A stretch of DNA of 64,000 bases, from assembly GCA_003344405.1 (NCBI GenBank), contig NOWV01000112.1, positions 124,001-188,000 on the forward strand, given 5' to 3'. Both the position numbers and the translations under genes were made by a program. The notes beneath the pieces were generated by a model that had not been told where the DNA came from, did no database searches, and saw nothing but the letters and a program-made list of their open reading frames with translations. Below, one piece after another: positions 27,301 to 42,300 of this stretch. The stretch's first letter is position 1, and each line of letters opens with the position of its first letter. This DNA comes from Trichoplax sp. H2 (lineage: Eukaryota).

Positions 27301-30300
27301 TAAGAAAACAGCACAGTCCTTATAGTAAACTTTACCTTAATCCGCAGAACTAATTCCCTAGGCTAGGGTGCAGTAACTTGAATCCTTGCGAAGTACTAAC
27401 TCGCTCAACACAATAAACGATATAAAACTATCACACAACTTAGCCTTACCCTGAATCATATTTTATCGATCACAGTCCTTCTTATATACTCTTTCAGTGG
27501 TTATAAACATATTTACTATGCTATTAACATATTTCAATAACAAACATGTTATTAAGATTGAATTATCAAATACGAACATTCGAGGTAATAAACAATTTCA
27601 TGCGTAAATCTACTTCGACTGCAAGCCCTGTCAAGCTCCTATGTTCTCGATACTTATTTGTAACATATTACTCTATCATCATAATATCATAATAACTTAG
27701 GTTATTACTGACAAGAACAATTCCTAAAGTAGTAGTTCATACCTCTAAAAAGTTAAAAAAAAAATGTCATCATAAACTACACATCCAAAACTAAGTTATT
27801 TTGATGACTGAGAGCCACATAAGATACATTGTTACTACGTTCTTTAATTATGGTTAACAAAATAATAATTTAAATTGTTTGATTTTAACAGATTCAATTA
27901 GTCGCAAAAGTATTCCCATCAATAAGGATCATTCTGTGGATGTTCCTATCCATGCTGAGGATATAAAACATAAAGTGAATGTTAGCGTTCCTTTTCCTAT
28001 TCATTATCGTCCGATGTCTACAGAAATAGACATATTTCCACTAGTAACCCGCTTTACAGCTATGGCAAGTGCATCGTTAGTGATCAAGACGTGGTTGCAA
28101 TTACCAGATTCTACAAGTGATCAAGGCAATATTAGAGACTGTCAATTAACATGCTGGATTCCACACTACAAGCAAATAAAGCAACTGTTTTACAAGTCAG
28201 AAAAATCTGTGCAACAAAATGATAAAATTATAGTCGCTCGTAGAATAAACAGCGATAGCACCAAATTTACAGAAATAGGTACTAAATTTTCTATTGATGA
28301 AAATAAAGCAACCGATGATGGCGTTGTAGTAAAATGCAATTGCAGCTATCAATCTGTTATTAATTGCTTTTGGAAGATACCGCAGTGGTTACTCGATGCT
28401 GCAAGATTAGGGCCAAAGTACTATTATGACTACTTTCGATATCCAGTTCAATACTTTGTTGGCGTTAAGCCAATGAAGGATAAACCGGGACATTTTACTT
28501 TAATAGCCCTTGTAAAGAATATACGTTGTCCGTTACCCTCTCGCATAGGGGATGAATTAGAGTTACTTGCTTCAAGTGGCGATGAAACTAGACTCCTCAG
28601 TAGTGGTCGGCTACAAATCAATCTTGCAGGAGATATTAAACCTCTTAACGGATTAATTTGGGTAGAACTATTAAACAAAATTGCTTACTTTGATGGAATG
28701 TATTCGGTTACGCAATTTGCTTGTATGGGTCATTTTGACGCCGATAATGGGATTTACTCTAAAGGTTCCGTAGAATTTCGTTATATCGATCCAGGCCCAA
28801 ATTGTCATCCAGATGCATCTAACCCTGACTATAATGTCGAAAATGAATCCGTTGTTGTTGAGTTTAGCTATGCTATAGGTTATATAAGTGTGTCTAATTT
28901 AAATATTGATACTAAACATTATCTCAAAATAGTCCAAATTAAATTTTACATCTGATTAAGAACTTGTTACTGTGGAATTATTTTTAACTTTCCTTGATAG
29001 TAAATTATAAGGAGAGGCTTATAAATGGCGTTATTGTAACATGCAATTGCTGTATGTCAATTGAAAATTTATTATATGGTTCGGTCCTTATTTAGATCAT
29101 GAAATGACAAGAAAATATTCCATAATCCGAGGGAATGTTTCAGATCCTGAAACGACTGGTAAAGTCGACGCAAGGTAAATAAATATTCTAAAGAGAGTTT
29201 ATGACTAATAGTTGAAATCTTCTAAGATTGAGAGATATGCTACAAAATAGGATGGTAAAGTTATAAGGTTATTGACGTGCAAGTTCGAATCACGGGTAAT
29301 GCTAAATATTGAAAGAATAGAATGACAATACTTTACATAGTCAAAGTTAAGATTTCCTAACTGATGGCTCCATATAGTTTATTTTATGCCACAAAGTAAA
29401 TTAATTATAAGAATCTTTCAAATTTATTCTTATTTACGAAACATTGGTTAGCAAAATTAGTTGACAGTAAAACCGTACCTGATGCAGATTGATTCGTAGA
29501 CTATCTCTTATATTCTATATGTAGTCTCAGTGATATCCTAATAAGCTAAGTTTAAGTGGGTTAATAGTGGACAATACCCATGAAATAATCTACAATATTG
29601 GAAGCAGATTTAAAAATACGGATCTGCTGTTGGCACTGATTCTCAACTATAAATGGAAGTATACGCGGGATTGACGATGCTATTGAGGAAGTGTCTGATA
29701 TTTACATTGTACACGCGATAAAGTGCCTCAAAATCAGCAATGATCAATTTTCGATAACTTGCAGTACTTACTTCATTACATAAAACTACTTCCACGACCT
29801 AGAATAAGTCTAACTAACTTTCATATACATACTGTTATATACAATATGACTCAACTATATTTAGATCTAAATTTCTGATGGATCTACATTACATCACATT
29901 ACTCTCACTAATCTCTAGTATCCAACCATCTTAATAAGACCTTCCTAACTAAAGCTGCAATGTCTATTGTTACTATTTAAAACGGATATGCGCTTAATTC
30001 AATCTTAAGACTCCTGTATACGTACAATTTTATACATATAGTAAATATATATTACAACTTTGCATATTGCTTAGCGACTTCTTGCAATCGATTATGGTAT
30101 TTTTACAACTACATTACTGTTTAAAAATATCTCGATATCTGCAATAATTGACCTCAGTAGCAAGAAAAACTTTGATTGACGATCAGTTTGAGCTCAATCG
30201 CATTCAGTTTTAATTCCACCCTAACTATCTTCCTATGAGTGTAATAAAGTATTATATAATCTAAATAATGCCTAGGAAGCTAAACATTACTGTAATCATT

Positions 30301-33300
30301 AAATTACTCCTGCCCTAATCATTCTTTAGTTATCACCAATTATGTCTCTGATGTAGTTAAAGTTAAAATTTATACGAGAAAGTTCATGTTCTATAAATTT
30401 TTCAGCCATCTATGCGATACTTTTATTCGTGAACAACGTGTATTGGAAAAATAATCGATTTAACAATTTTCGACTCAATGCTTTTTGAATTGTAAATAAA
30501 TAGGTCTCCACAACCCGATCCATTTACAGACACTCCAATGCATAATTCAAAAGTAAGTCTGGTACGTTTAAGAGAAAGCTAATTTAATTACAGGATTGCA
30601 GTGGTCTTGATGTTACTTTCCTTTTGACAGTTTATGTCTAATTACATTCTTAACATTAGTGTAAATAATTATTTTACTGTTATATTAATTTAAAATTGTA
30701 TATTTCTAGTTCTGTAACATCTAAGTAATTTAGATTTCGAAAATATCAGTGACCTTTATACTTGTTTTCATTAATGTTTTCGATTAGTTCTTATCTCATA
30801 TCGATATTATATATTTTTCACATTTCCGTGCTGGGAATTTATACGAGTACGTAAACATTTTCGCATTTACGCTAGTGTTAAAATCATTTTTGAAAGACAT
30901 ACAGATCTTGATCTACAGGCCAATACTTAAAATGTAGAATGAAACAATTCATGCTTACCTTTAGGCTTATCTTCGTCGATATTAGCCATTTGTACAAGTA
31001 AAAATGCTAACGACCCTTCATTATTGAGGGGCTGTAGTAATTACATATCTCATTTATTTCTAAACTACAAAATTTAAATTTTATTAAGCAACCAAACAAT
31101 TTTACTTACCACATCATCATACAGAAATTAATTATCAGTATGTAGAATAATATTATAGAAATGTGAAATTATCTATTCAAATATATGAGACATCGTAGCT
31201 GAAAACTTCATTTGGAGTTCTAAAATAGGTTATTTAATGATAACTAATAAAGCTACTCCGTAGCATATTTATAGCTGGAATAATTTTACTATGAACGATG
31301 TCAAAGTTGCCATACAATATTTGATTAATGACAGTATCGTTTTGCCAAGATGATACTGATCAATATAAGTTGATCTTGTTTCACATTAGAGATTTGCTCA
31401 ATGTTAATAACTCAGATTTTGAGTTAGACGATTGCAAACCTTAGGGGTTGTAAAACCCAAGTACCAAAGGATGTATTACCATTAATAGTAATGTAATCAA
31501 AAACTGCACTGGTTGTGCTGCGACTATCCATAGGCAGATCTATAGTGATATCACTAGATTAAAATATAAATGCACACTATGATATTCGATTCACTAAGAT
31601 ATTTTGTCTATCTATTATGGCTAATGGCCTGCTCTGAATTTCATTTATCAAAATGGAGTTGATATCAAATAGGTTTAAAAATTAATTTTTCAATCGTTTA
31701 ATCAAGGAACTATCGCAAAATCTATCTCTGATTGATTCTATAGAAGATACCAGACACTTATGGTATCAGGAAGACATGACTAAAGTTAACGGTTAGTTAC
31801 TATGAAAAAGCACGGTTTTGCAATAATTGCCATGTTAAATGTCTGATATGTACTATAAATAGTATCGCGTTGAGCTTAAATCTAGCAAAATTTCCGATTT
31901 TCTAATAATTCTTAATGCTAATAAAAATTCTTTGTACGGGATAGCCATAGTATTCCTTCAAGATCAACCTATCGGCGTACGTGAAATAACTATTCAATAT
32001 TTATTATGTGCTTATAAATAGTATTTAGGTTTGATGGTGTCTACAAATTAAAGAATAGAACCACTGTATATTTACTAGTCTATTTCTGTCAATATTTCTA
32101 CATATATGCTAATCATAGCTTTCGAAAATTTTACTATGCTTCAATTAATCGCTTTAGCGAATGCTGCATAATCTTCATCGAATTATTAAAAATTTTTTAA
32201 ATACATTGATCTGATAATACTCGTATATTAAGACACTTTAATTACTATAATAGTCGATTGCACAAATTTAATAGTAATTATACAATGTTTGTACTTTTAT
32301 ATTTAACATTCATGATAAAGTATAGCTATTAATGCCTTTATCTGAATACAAGTTTCCGACAAGACTTACACATATAAGTAACACATTAGAAACTAATTAA
32401 AATTATGTCGATAAAGTTTTATCCATGATATATCTAATATCCAATAGACGTTTGTGGTTAGAAAAAGTACTCGCCATCATTGTGAGGCAATTAGCGTCAA
32501 AGTAACCGTTGATGGTAATATAGGACACTTTCTTTTCAAAAACAACTCAAATGGTAAGTTTTCGAAGAATAGAAGTTTAACTGAAAGTTGCTACCTTTAT
32601 TTATTGGTAAATTAATCGTAAGGTATGCTTGAATGTGTTTCAATTGCAATGTCAGTAGAAGATTGTCCGGTATTGGGTACGATATAAAGACGACACTATA
32701 TAGAAGATTAAATGATGATAGACGAACATATTTTCCATTCTACTCAAATATTTTGCTTGAAAGATTTGTTTTATTTACTTTACGTATCACTAAAGATGAG
32801 ATTACGAGATGAAAGCCGCACAGTAAAATGTGTGGCTGTTGTTAAACTTTCTGTTCCTTGCAATGCGTGAATAAGGATAACAGTAGTTGTTTTTCATTAG
32901 CAATTATATTGTACATACACGAAAAATGTTGAAGATATTTTTTAGCATCTACTTGTCACAACCCTCACTTGTGGCAAAGGAAAGTAAAGAACTCTAGTGT
33001 AGTTACTTAAAAACTTGGGCTATTTCTCCCAGTACTTTCAGTTTCTATGAGAGAAGTATTTGAGAACTCGATTTCTCGGCTGATCTCCACAGACAACTGA
33101 CTAATTATTACACTATTCTTCACGATGAGTCTTGCCGTTTCTTGAGCAATTACTCTCTTTATTCTACAAACACACGCGCTTAAATAGGTTTCTACAGTGA
33201 ATTCCAATATTAACGAGTGAGAATTCATGCTTTACAAGTTACATTAATTAGTATAATACCATTACTAAATATACATGTCGATATTCTCAGATTTAGATAG

Positions 33301-36300
33301 CTACAAGCTATCAGGTGTTAAGACGCTTAACCTTCGTCCATATACAGCTCAATTTTTAGAGATTAACATACCTTATAAACCTACAGTGAATTAACTGCTA
33401 ACAACTTCTATTTTTATCTCATTTCTACCATCCTATTATCAGCTACAAGCGCATTAAAACATAGCACATAACCTTATCTTATCTATTCATAAGCATTCAT
33501 TAATTTACAGTTACTTAATTAGTAACGGCGTACCGTGACACTACTTTATACTATAAAAATAAATTTTAGAATTAATAAGATTATAAAAGCTATTCTGCTA
33601 AAATGTACTACAAATTTAAGTATTATGTTTCTAGCAAAATTGACATGAAAAATAACTTATTACAAAAATACGAATTCTAGTTTTATATTTTATCCGTTAA
33701 TGGAAGATATTGCAAATATGACAATCCTATTACCCTACCCGTCTTATATCGTTCATATTGCAAATGATATACATGTATATGACTCGATGCATAATATTCA
33801 GTAGTGAAAGCTTAAAGATATTTCTAATGATATCAACAATCACTAAAATAGTGAATATCCTGATAGTTATAGCCTGACTGTAAACACTTTTATTAACTAA
33901 AGGAGAGCCTTGAAATTTCAACAGTTTCAATTTCTGCTTTAATTAATTAATTAAAAAAGTCTTAGCTGTCAAAAATGGATACTGTTTACTTTAAGAATAT
34001 AATTATCATTGATGTATTTCAGAATGGTCTATTGCAGACTTTGAAAGAAAGTTTGTATCACTGGAAGATTTGTTGACCCACTATACTAATAATAAGGACA
34101 AAGAGTTACAAGTAAAATTACGATTTCCACGACCAATTCATAGCAATGCAAAAGTAGAACCAGAGACACAATCGCTACCTGGAGAGATTTCCGGTGAGAT
34201 AGTAAAATTGTAAGATTTAAACATATTTCAGGATAGATTACATTAAAATAAAGTCACTAATTTTTACGTTCAGATATCTATGATGTAAGAGAGCGTTGAG
34301 GATATGAAATGTATTTAACAATGTAAATTACATGTCCTTAAATGGTAATATCCAGCAGAAACAAAGCTCATTAAACACCTATGTCTTCTTAATAGTAAAA
34401 GTTTTCATTCCTTTTAGAGTAAGGAAATGTAATTTATGATTGAGCTGACGAAATTACTATTCTGAATTCCTTAAGAATCCCAAATTTAGTTATTTAACCC
34501 CAAAATAGACGTCTAATATCTTTTCAGCCGTTGCATTTAAGATTAAAACTAAACTTGTTATAGTTAGTATATCGTAAATTAATAAAATTGTCGTAGGTAA
34601 TTAACTAGTTTTGAATAATCTGCCATCTAAAATTACTCGGAAATTACTGAATATGTGATTGGTCATTGTAAATAGTCAGGTCTAGTTAGCGGCAGTAACA
34701 TCCTGTAATATCAACTAGTCATCAAATTATAATAGCTTATATGTTGTATTGATTGTGGTATATTACCTACTTAGCTACTCCTACTTTGCTAATGCATTAA
34801 TTTAAACTAAGTCTGTGAAGAAAAACTAACTAAAACAGCAGATGAATGATCTTGAATAAGTTATTACCATTAAAATTGGTTGCAAAATTGTATTGATGAT
34901 TAGCAAGTTATTTGAGATCAGTAATCGATAAGCTTAGTCGTAATTAATAAATTTTAAATTAAAATTTTCTAGACTGCACCATGCAGCATGTTAGCATTCA
35001 AGACTATAATGAAGTATCGAATCTTGAGAAATTCGAGTATATCTTGTCTGATTCAGAAGAAAATACAGGTTTATCAATTGAATTATGGTACCAGTTTACA
35101 TTAATCATTTCGAAATAGATCAGTTGCTATTCTGCTACCAAACGACTACTACTATCTACTAACGCTACTAAAGCAATAAATGAAGGTGAATACGTTTACA
35201 TGAAATCATTTCCGAATGAGTCTAAGGAAGAGATTTTAAATCAACAGCTAAAATCACGAAAAGGTTTTTATTAATATCTTACTGAAACTTTTTAATATCG
35301 AATTAACTCTATTGAAAACTGTGAGATAAATTAATGTGTAAATATAATCAATTAACATTTGTTATTAACAAAGACCTAAAAAATCTAATGAACCTATTTA
35401 TGATAACTCTTATTTCATTTCATTTAATACATTCTGATTAACGATATCATCCTCTGAATATCAACAATTAGCCGTATATGATATACAGGTAACAAACTAA
35501 CAGTATGTTTCGAGAAAATTTACATTATCGGCAGTTGCTTCAATATTAAGTTAAAAGTGAATTAATTTTATATCTGACTGACATTATGGTATTTCAGCAT
35601 AATCTAGCGATCAGGTTTAGTTATCAGTAATTTAGATTAATCTCGGAAATATAGCAACGTTTCATTACCTACGATAAAAATACAATACCTATGATTGAAG
35701 ATGAATAGGAGTGGACTAATGATAGGCGTAATAAGTTGCAACTGTCTTAACCTATTTACTAAAATGATAAGGCAGTCTGAGAAACTATATAAGCCTATTG
35801 ATTTAAGCGGCATTAAGATATTAGATTTCATTTACTGTGACTCATTTTAAAGCTAACGATTGTAACTGCAACCTGAAACGATTTATTGTAACAAGAAGAC
35901 ATTAAAATCTTATTCGAAACTATAAAGTGCCCTGTCAAGGGAGAACTGTAAAGATCGGATATAAGTTTGATGGTTAAAAATTATAACAGAAGTAGAATAT
36001 TTTTGTAGTTATGATGGTCGTACTATATAACTTTCATTTAAGTATAATAACACTGTAAATACATGTTAACGAAAAAAATCAATTTAATTATAGTCGAAAT
36101 AATTGCAGTTTTATTTCTATGGTTGCGTATATCAATGTTAAATATTTGCTTGCCGATGTCGTAGTTTGAGATTAAACTATCAATTGTTCAATCGGCTCTA
36201 CGGCATTTTAGTTAACTTACTAATCAAAATTCTGGCTATTAAATGTTGGAGAAATATAGTAGTTCTAGAGTGTTCTACTGAAATAGTTACTAAATGATTT

Positions 36301-39300
36301 GGTAGCTCCGTTTTATGCTGTAGCTGTACATATCTTGTCTTTTAGAAAGCAATTAGAAGAGTTAAGGCGTCTAAATCGCTTTGGATGAAAAGAAATGTTG
36401 ATATAAGTACAGGTATTTAAAATATTTTATCGTATTTTTAGTTATCTCGATCGAAAAAAACGAAAATAGCTATATATAACTATCTACCGTTTTATTGAAA
36501 ATACTGCACTTACTGTAAATTCGTTAATTTTAATTAATAATTATAATCATTTGATTAATATCAATATTCTGGCTGTATTATTTAAAATATTGGCGAATAA
36601 ACAGCTGAGGAGTTGCTGCAGCAAAAGGCAGCAGGAGTAAGTTATTATGCATTACCTCGTACTGTTATGAATTAAATATCCGAATATTTAGTTTATGAGG
36701 ACTTAGATATATGGTCTTCATCTATTTTACAAATCGACCTGATCTCAAAAGTTACTTATGCCAGCAATGTACTTTTTTGCGCTCATAATTCTAATATTTT
36801 GGTAGACATTTCTGGTGATAGCTACCGAAACTTCGCATGCATTTGTGCTGTTGGTAAAATTGAAAAATGACTGTTCTGTAGTGGCCAAATTTAGAATTTT
36901 ATCACGAATGGGCGGTAAGCTTATACTTGATGATTTAAACAATTTTGGCAGTTGAAGAATTAACCGGTACAATACATGAAGAAAATTGTATGCATTATCA
37001 GTAACAAATCTCTGAGTATACAAGCTCGCTTGCTTTGTATTAAGACTTTCTCTATGTAGTCATCTGAGCAAACTGTAACAGTAATGTTTTTTGAAAGTGC
37101 AAAAGTGATATGAAGTAAGGCACTACTGTATACAACGTATAATAGTCGGTTATACTTACCATAATTATTATTGATGTCAGAAATGATGAACAAGTGTTTA
37201 CTTGCCATAAGTACTACAGTAATTCAGCTCAGGGATGATACATATAGTCGTCTTCACTTAATTATAAATCTAGCTTGAGATTATAGCTGAATAATGTAAG
37301 CGTATAAAATTGCATTGTGTGGTACTTCGATGGACAGTGATCAACGAATAAATATATCTATTCGGAATATTAGATCGACTAGGATAAAATAGCTACCGGT
37401 AACAAATAGCCTCGTATTCTATGAGTTATAATTTAAAAGTAACAAAATATTGGATTTGATAAAACTAAACAATCATCAATCATCGAATCAACTATTTTAA
37501 ATAAGCCTATTACGTAAATTTGAGTAAAGTACCTTATAAAGGCGGTAAATAAATGAATATGATAACTGCAAAAAATATTCCATCAGAACTTCAGTTAACT
37601 TCATAATCGTAATTATATTTGCATTGCACCTTGCAACACTTCGCGAAATGATATAATCTGAAGAATTCGCTGATTCTTATGCTTTGTGCATACTCGTGTA
37701 ATTATTTATTCTTCAATCTTAGTAACCGCGAAGATAACAATATCTAAGCAGTGGATTAGATAATGAATTCTTTATTTGCAATAAATTTTTACGGAGATAA
37801 GTTTAGTTTGGTAACTATCCGCTACATAATTTTTTAATATCAATATTTAATTAAAATCGTATTGATTTGAAGGCATTCTTGGGTAATTAAAATTTTATTA
37901 GATGTTCGAATTGATGGCTTCAATCAAAGTTTTAACACAATTGATGACTTGATTGGATGTTATGTTTGCTTTCGTGACAAAGAATTAAAACTCCAATTAC
38001 AAGTAATTGGTAAGACAATATCAGATATATCATTATTTTATTTTTGCTACCATACAGGCACTTCATGCAGCAAATGATACCATATGAAATGAAAAATTTA
38101 ATAGTTTTGCATAAGACTAAACATTGTCTCTAAAAGCCAATGTAATAGAATAAGTAACGTAAGTTCTATTCGCTACCCAAAGACGACGAACTCGACGACG
38201 TTATTAATGAAGACATTGGCCAGACTGATAACCTTCCCCAACTGCTACGTACAGAACCGGTAGCTCCAGATGATCTCGATAGTGGTAGATTTTTAAGACA
38301 CATTGGCCCGACTGATAATCTTCCCCAACGGCTACCTACAGAACCGGTAGTTCCAGATGATCTCGATAATGGTAGGTTTTCAAGTCTTATTACTTCTTAT
38401 TTGCTTTCAAGCGCATAACTGGGAATGATGAATTACTTTCTTGTATTATCCATCTTTAATAGGACAAGAAAGACTCCAAACTGCCCAAGATGGTAGGTGT
38501 GCTTCCCTTATAAGGATTTTTTTTTTTCAACCAATGCCATTCAAATTACTATATTTAATCGAGAAATTAAATATGAAAAATTACGCTATCTCAACATCTA
38601 GTTTAAGTTCATTATATTGACCTGGTAAAAATTTACTATATTCATTTCGTTTATATAAGAGTACCTTAATTTTAATTTCCCCTATATATTGATAAAAATT
38701 TTCTTAGTATTCTTCCTTAGATAATAACAAATTTGATAGAGCTATTAACATTAAACATCATTTCCATAGTAGTCTCTATTTTACGGGCTTTATTCGTGGT
38801 ACTATTTTAGTCGCATCGGTTTCTGAGTTTTTCATAGATTATGTACTATATAATATAGCAATTAGAGATCAAATTCTAGTTTTAAGAAATAATATTATAT
38901 GGTAGTGTCACGGTAGTAACTACTGTAAATTAAATAGCTAAATTTACCGAATTTAGCATTTAAATATGGTGATTACAATTACCTTACAGCAGGTGCCTTT
39001 GAAGTTGTAATGTGCTAGAGTAAACTGTACGTCGAACTGTAACAGTATAGCCCATATAGTAATTGATTATAGTGCAAGTTCTTGATTGTAATACTAACAA
39101 ATAGTAGTTCATAAGTGTACTGAAATGATTCTGTAAATGGATAGACTGTAGTTCGACTATATAAATCACTTAGTAGATGTCCATATCTTCAAATATTGTT
39201 GTAAGATGATTCCTCAATGTTAGCTGCTGTAAAAGGGTACATAAGTCCGGCAGATAGTTTAAAAAACCTAATTCTCCGATTATGCAGCGTAGAAGCAAAG

Positions 39301-42300
39301 GCGTTTAAGTTTTTATGAGTGGTCAAATGTTACTAAATCCTGGAGTCTTTCGAAATTTAGAGATTTGTTTTCACGTAAACCTTGTCACAAAGCTGCTTTA
39401 TGACAAGTAGTAAAGAGTATTTAATGTAAGCAGATACTCTAGTTTTATAATGAATGTTTACTAGTAAAATGAATTAAGAATTAGTTAAGAGCATTTACTA
39501 CAACCCTATTAAAATTCAAAGAACATGAAAGATCATACTATAGATTTCTAATAGATGTTTAAATATATTAAGCTAATATTGAATGTATGGCGCATTGAAG
39601 CTAAGTTACAATATATTCGTTACACAAAAGGAATTTTAGATTGGATTTACGATTTTCGTGGAATCAGCAATCATGAGATTCGTCAAAATGAATTTAAAAA
39701 TCAGTCTCAGCGAAAAAAAATTTCAGGTCTTTTGGGTAAACGTAACTCTACTTTTAGAAAAGATATTCAGGAACGAAATAAAGAAATGCTTAAAAAATTA
39801 TTCAAAATTGAACTAAATAAATGCCAGTTAGGGCCATGGGATCTTTATCTACATGAGGTAAGTCTATGCAAGGCAGAAAGATAATTTTGAGTAGAGAATA
39901 GATTTCTATGATTTTAAAATATAGCAGAAAATAAGAAGGACGTTCGATATGGTCTTAAAAATAACATGAAGCTCATATATCATTAAAAACATAGCATTAA
40001 ACTTGTACATTACAAATTAAGCTAATTATGTGTTTCACTTCTACATCTTGGAATAAAGTATATGGTTTAAAATAGAAATCGATTTTAATATAACGGATTT
40101 GGGGTACTATTCTCCTCTATTAGTTCAGCCACTTATCTGTGAGGCATAATTAAATTCAGTAATGCTATATATTCTATTGTCAGATTATACTTTAAACAAT
40201 ATTGAAAATATCATATCGATTGTACTTATCATGGTATTGCTCAAATTAGTTTAAAAAAGAGCACTGACTATACCGTTAAAGGTTACTGTTATAAATAAAG
40301 TTGATGAATTGGATGATGAGGAAATAATTAAATTTTAAACAGGTCTTTATTCGATTGAAAAAACTGATAAAAGAATCTTTGTCAGCGAAAGAGAATCAGC
40401 GTATACTTGCTATCAATAGTACAACTACTGATATGAGTGCTAGAGTGAAGAAATTTGAGCCAGTGTTGGTAAAAATTATTTTTTCTGCATCATATGGATT
40501 TATTTACAAGTATCTGAAAAGTAAACATAAGGGGTAGGGATATTATTATCAAAATTAATCATAGAACATCATGCTATTTAAATCAACTTTTAAATCAAAT
40601 AAAATTAGAAAATAAACCTTGTTTTTGTAAAGCATGATGACTAGTGACTATTTCTCGCTATTTAAGTTTTGAAATATAGCATAATTATTGATAATTATCA
40701 TACAGTATTTTGAAAAATATTGGGAGTACAAGTTAAAGATGCTACAGAAATAGAAACATGTGTTCTACTAGATTTACATTCGTTAGATATTTGTATTCAC
40801 ATTTCAACGTAGAGGAATTAAGTTTTACTGTGTTAGGCGTATCCGATAAGAATATAATAATCTTTTTTAAGCCTATATCAAATATTGTCTCAGATATACA
40901 TGTATTTAGTGTCAGAAAATACATACTAATAATTATTGTTTTAATATCCTCTATTATCACTCTATGCAATATTCATATTTAACTATTAATATTTTATTTT
41001 TACATGTTCTCTACTGGAATCAGTTTACTCAAAATTGTTAAAAGCCACATGTCAGAAATGCAAACGTGCCAAAATCTTCCAGTACCAGAACAATCTAGCA
41101 CCTTCGATGTGGCCAAAATAGGGCAAAATTTTGAGAGCATGATCAAAGCAAGTGTGCCTAAAAAGAAACTAGAGTACGTTACTAAAACATTCGAAATGCT
41201 ACCAGAATCGTACCAGGGTAAACATGATCAATTTTCCTTAATTTGCTCTTAACAGAAAAAGCAAATATCTAAACATTTCATTTTTCTGCAGATTTAAAGA
41301 CCATGGCATACAGCATTAGTAAAACCTCCTTATCTAAGCTAGTTTACGAAGCCGATTATATTGAAAATTTAATCGACCATGAAATTTTAAATGAAGAATC
41401 TAACAAAAAGGCCTTCGTGACATTTAGAAATGCTTTACTATTCTTACAAAAGCTAGATTTGTCAGGAAAGGAATACTTGTATAGAATAATTGAAAAAGAT
41501 CAAGAAATTGTTAGAGTGATATTAATGCCAGATATATGTAATGTGAGTATAAGATATTTTGTGTTAGCTACAATCTACGGGCAGAAGCTATTTACGCTGT
41601 TATGCTAATTTTATTTCTATAACTTAAAGGGCTATCCATTTAGTCAAGTTGTTGCTTTAGATCTTCAGGAAACCATTAGTGATTTATGTAAGCTATAAGT
41701 TAAAAGTACAATTAATGTTTTTTGAACGGTAAAAAATATCCTATTAATTATTGTCACATTTATCACCAAAATTTCATCATCGACAGATAAAAAATGCAGA
41801 TTATTTGCGACAAAATTATTAGGACCATCATTTAGTTGCAACTTCCACGTTTTGAGTTTGGTGGACGCTAATAATAAATGTATGTTGAAATTTAGTACGT
41901 ACACGCGTACTTACTCATATCCTGATATTAACGGATTAGAAATAATTAACAAGATAGTATTAGTACAGTCATCGTTCATACTCTGTAATATTTAAAATTT
42001 AGTTTAAAGATGGCATTTTTAATCATAAATATATGTATAATTATCAATATTAGTTATGCTAACAGTCTGAATAGATCCTGGTGTTTTGGAAATAGATAAT
42101 TTTCTCCTACAGTAACTCTAAGTATAGTATAAGCTCTAACTGCTTAAAAATGGATTCTAGATGTAGTGCATCCTATAATACAAGATACACTTGAATAAGT
42201 AATATTAATGTGATTTTCTTATGAGCTTCAGGATTATTGATATTACGCAAATACGTATGCTCTTTGATGGTGAAAAGAATTGAAATTGACAGAACTCTCT

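Noticed and set aside
39223-39300. Candidate exon in paralog B equivalent to the Pro-rich exon of A
   Set aside because: It lies inside the solo-LTR-like element, has no similarity to the A exon and lacks a canonical donor.
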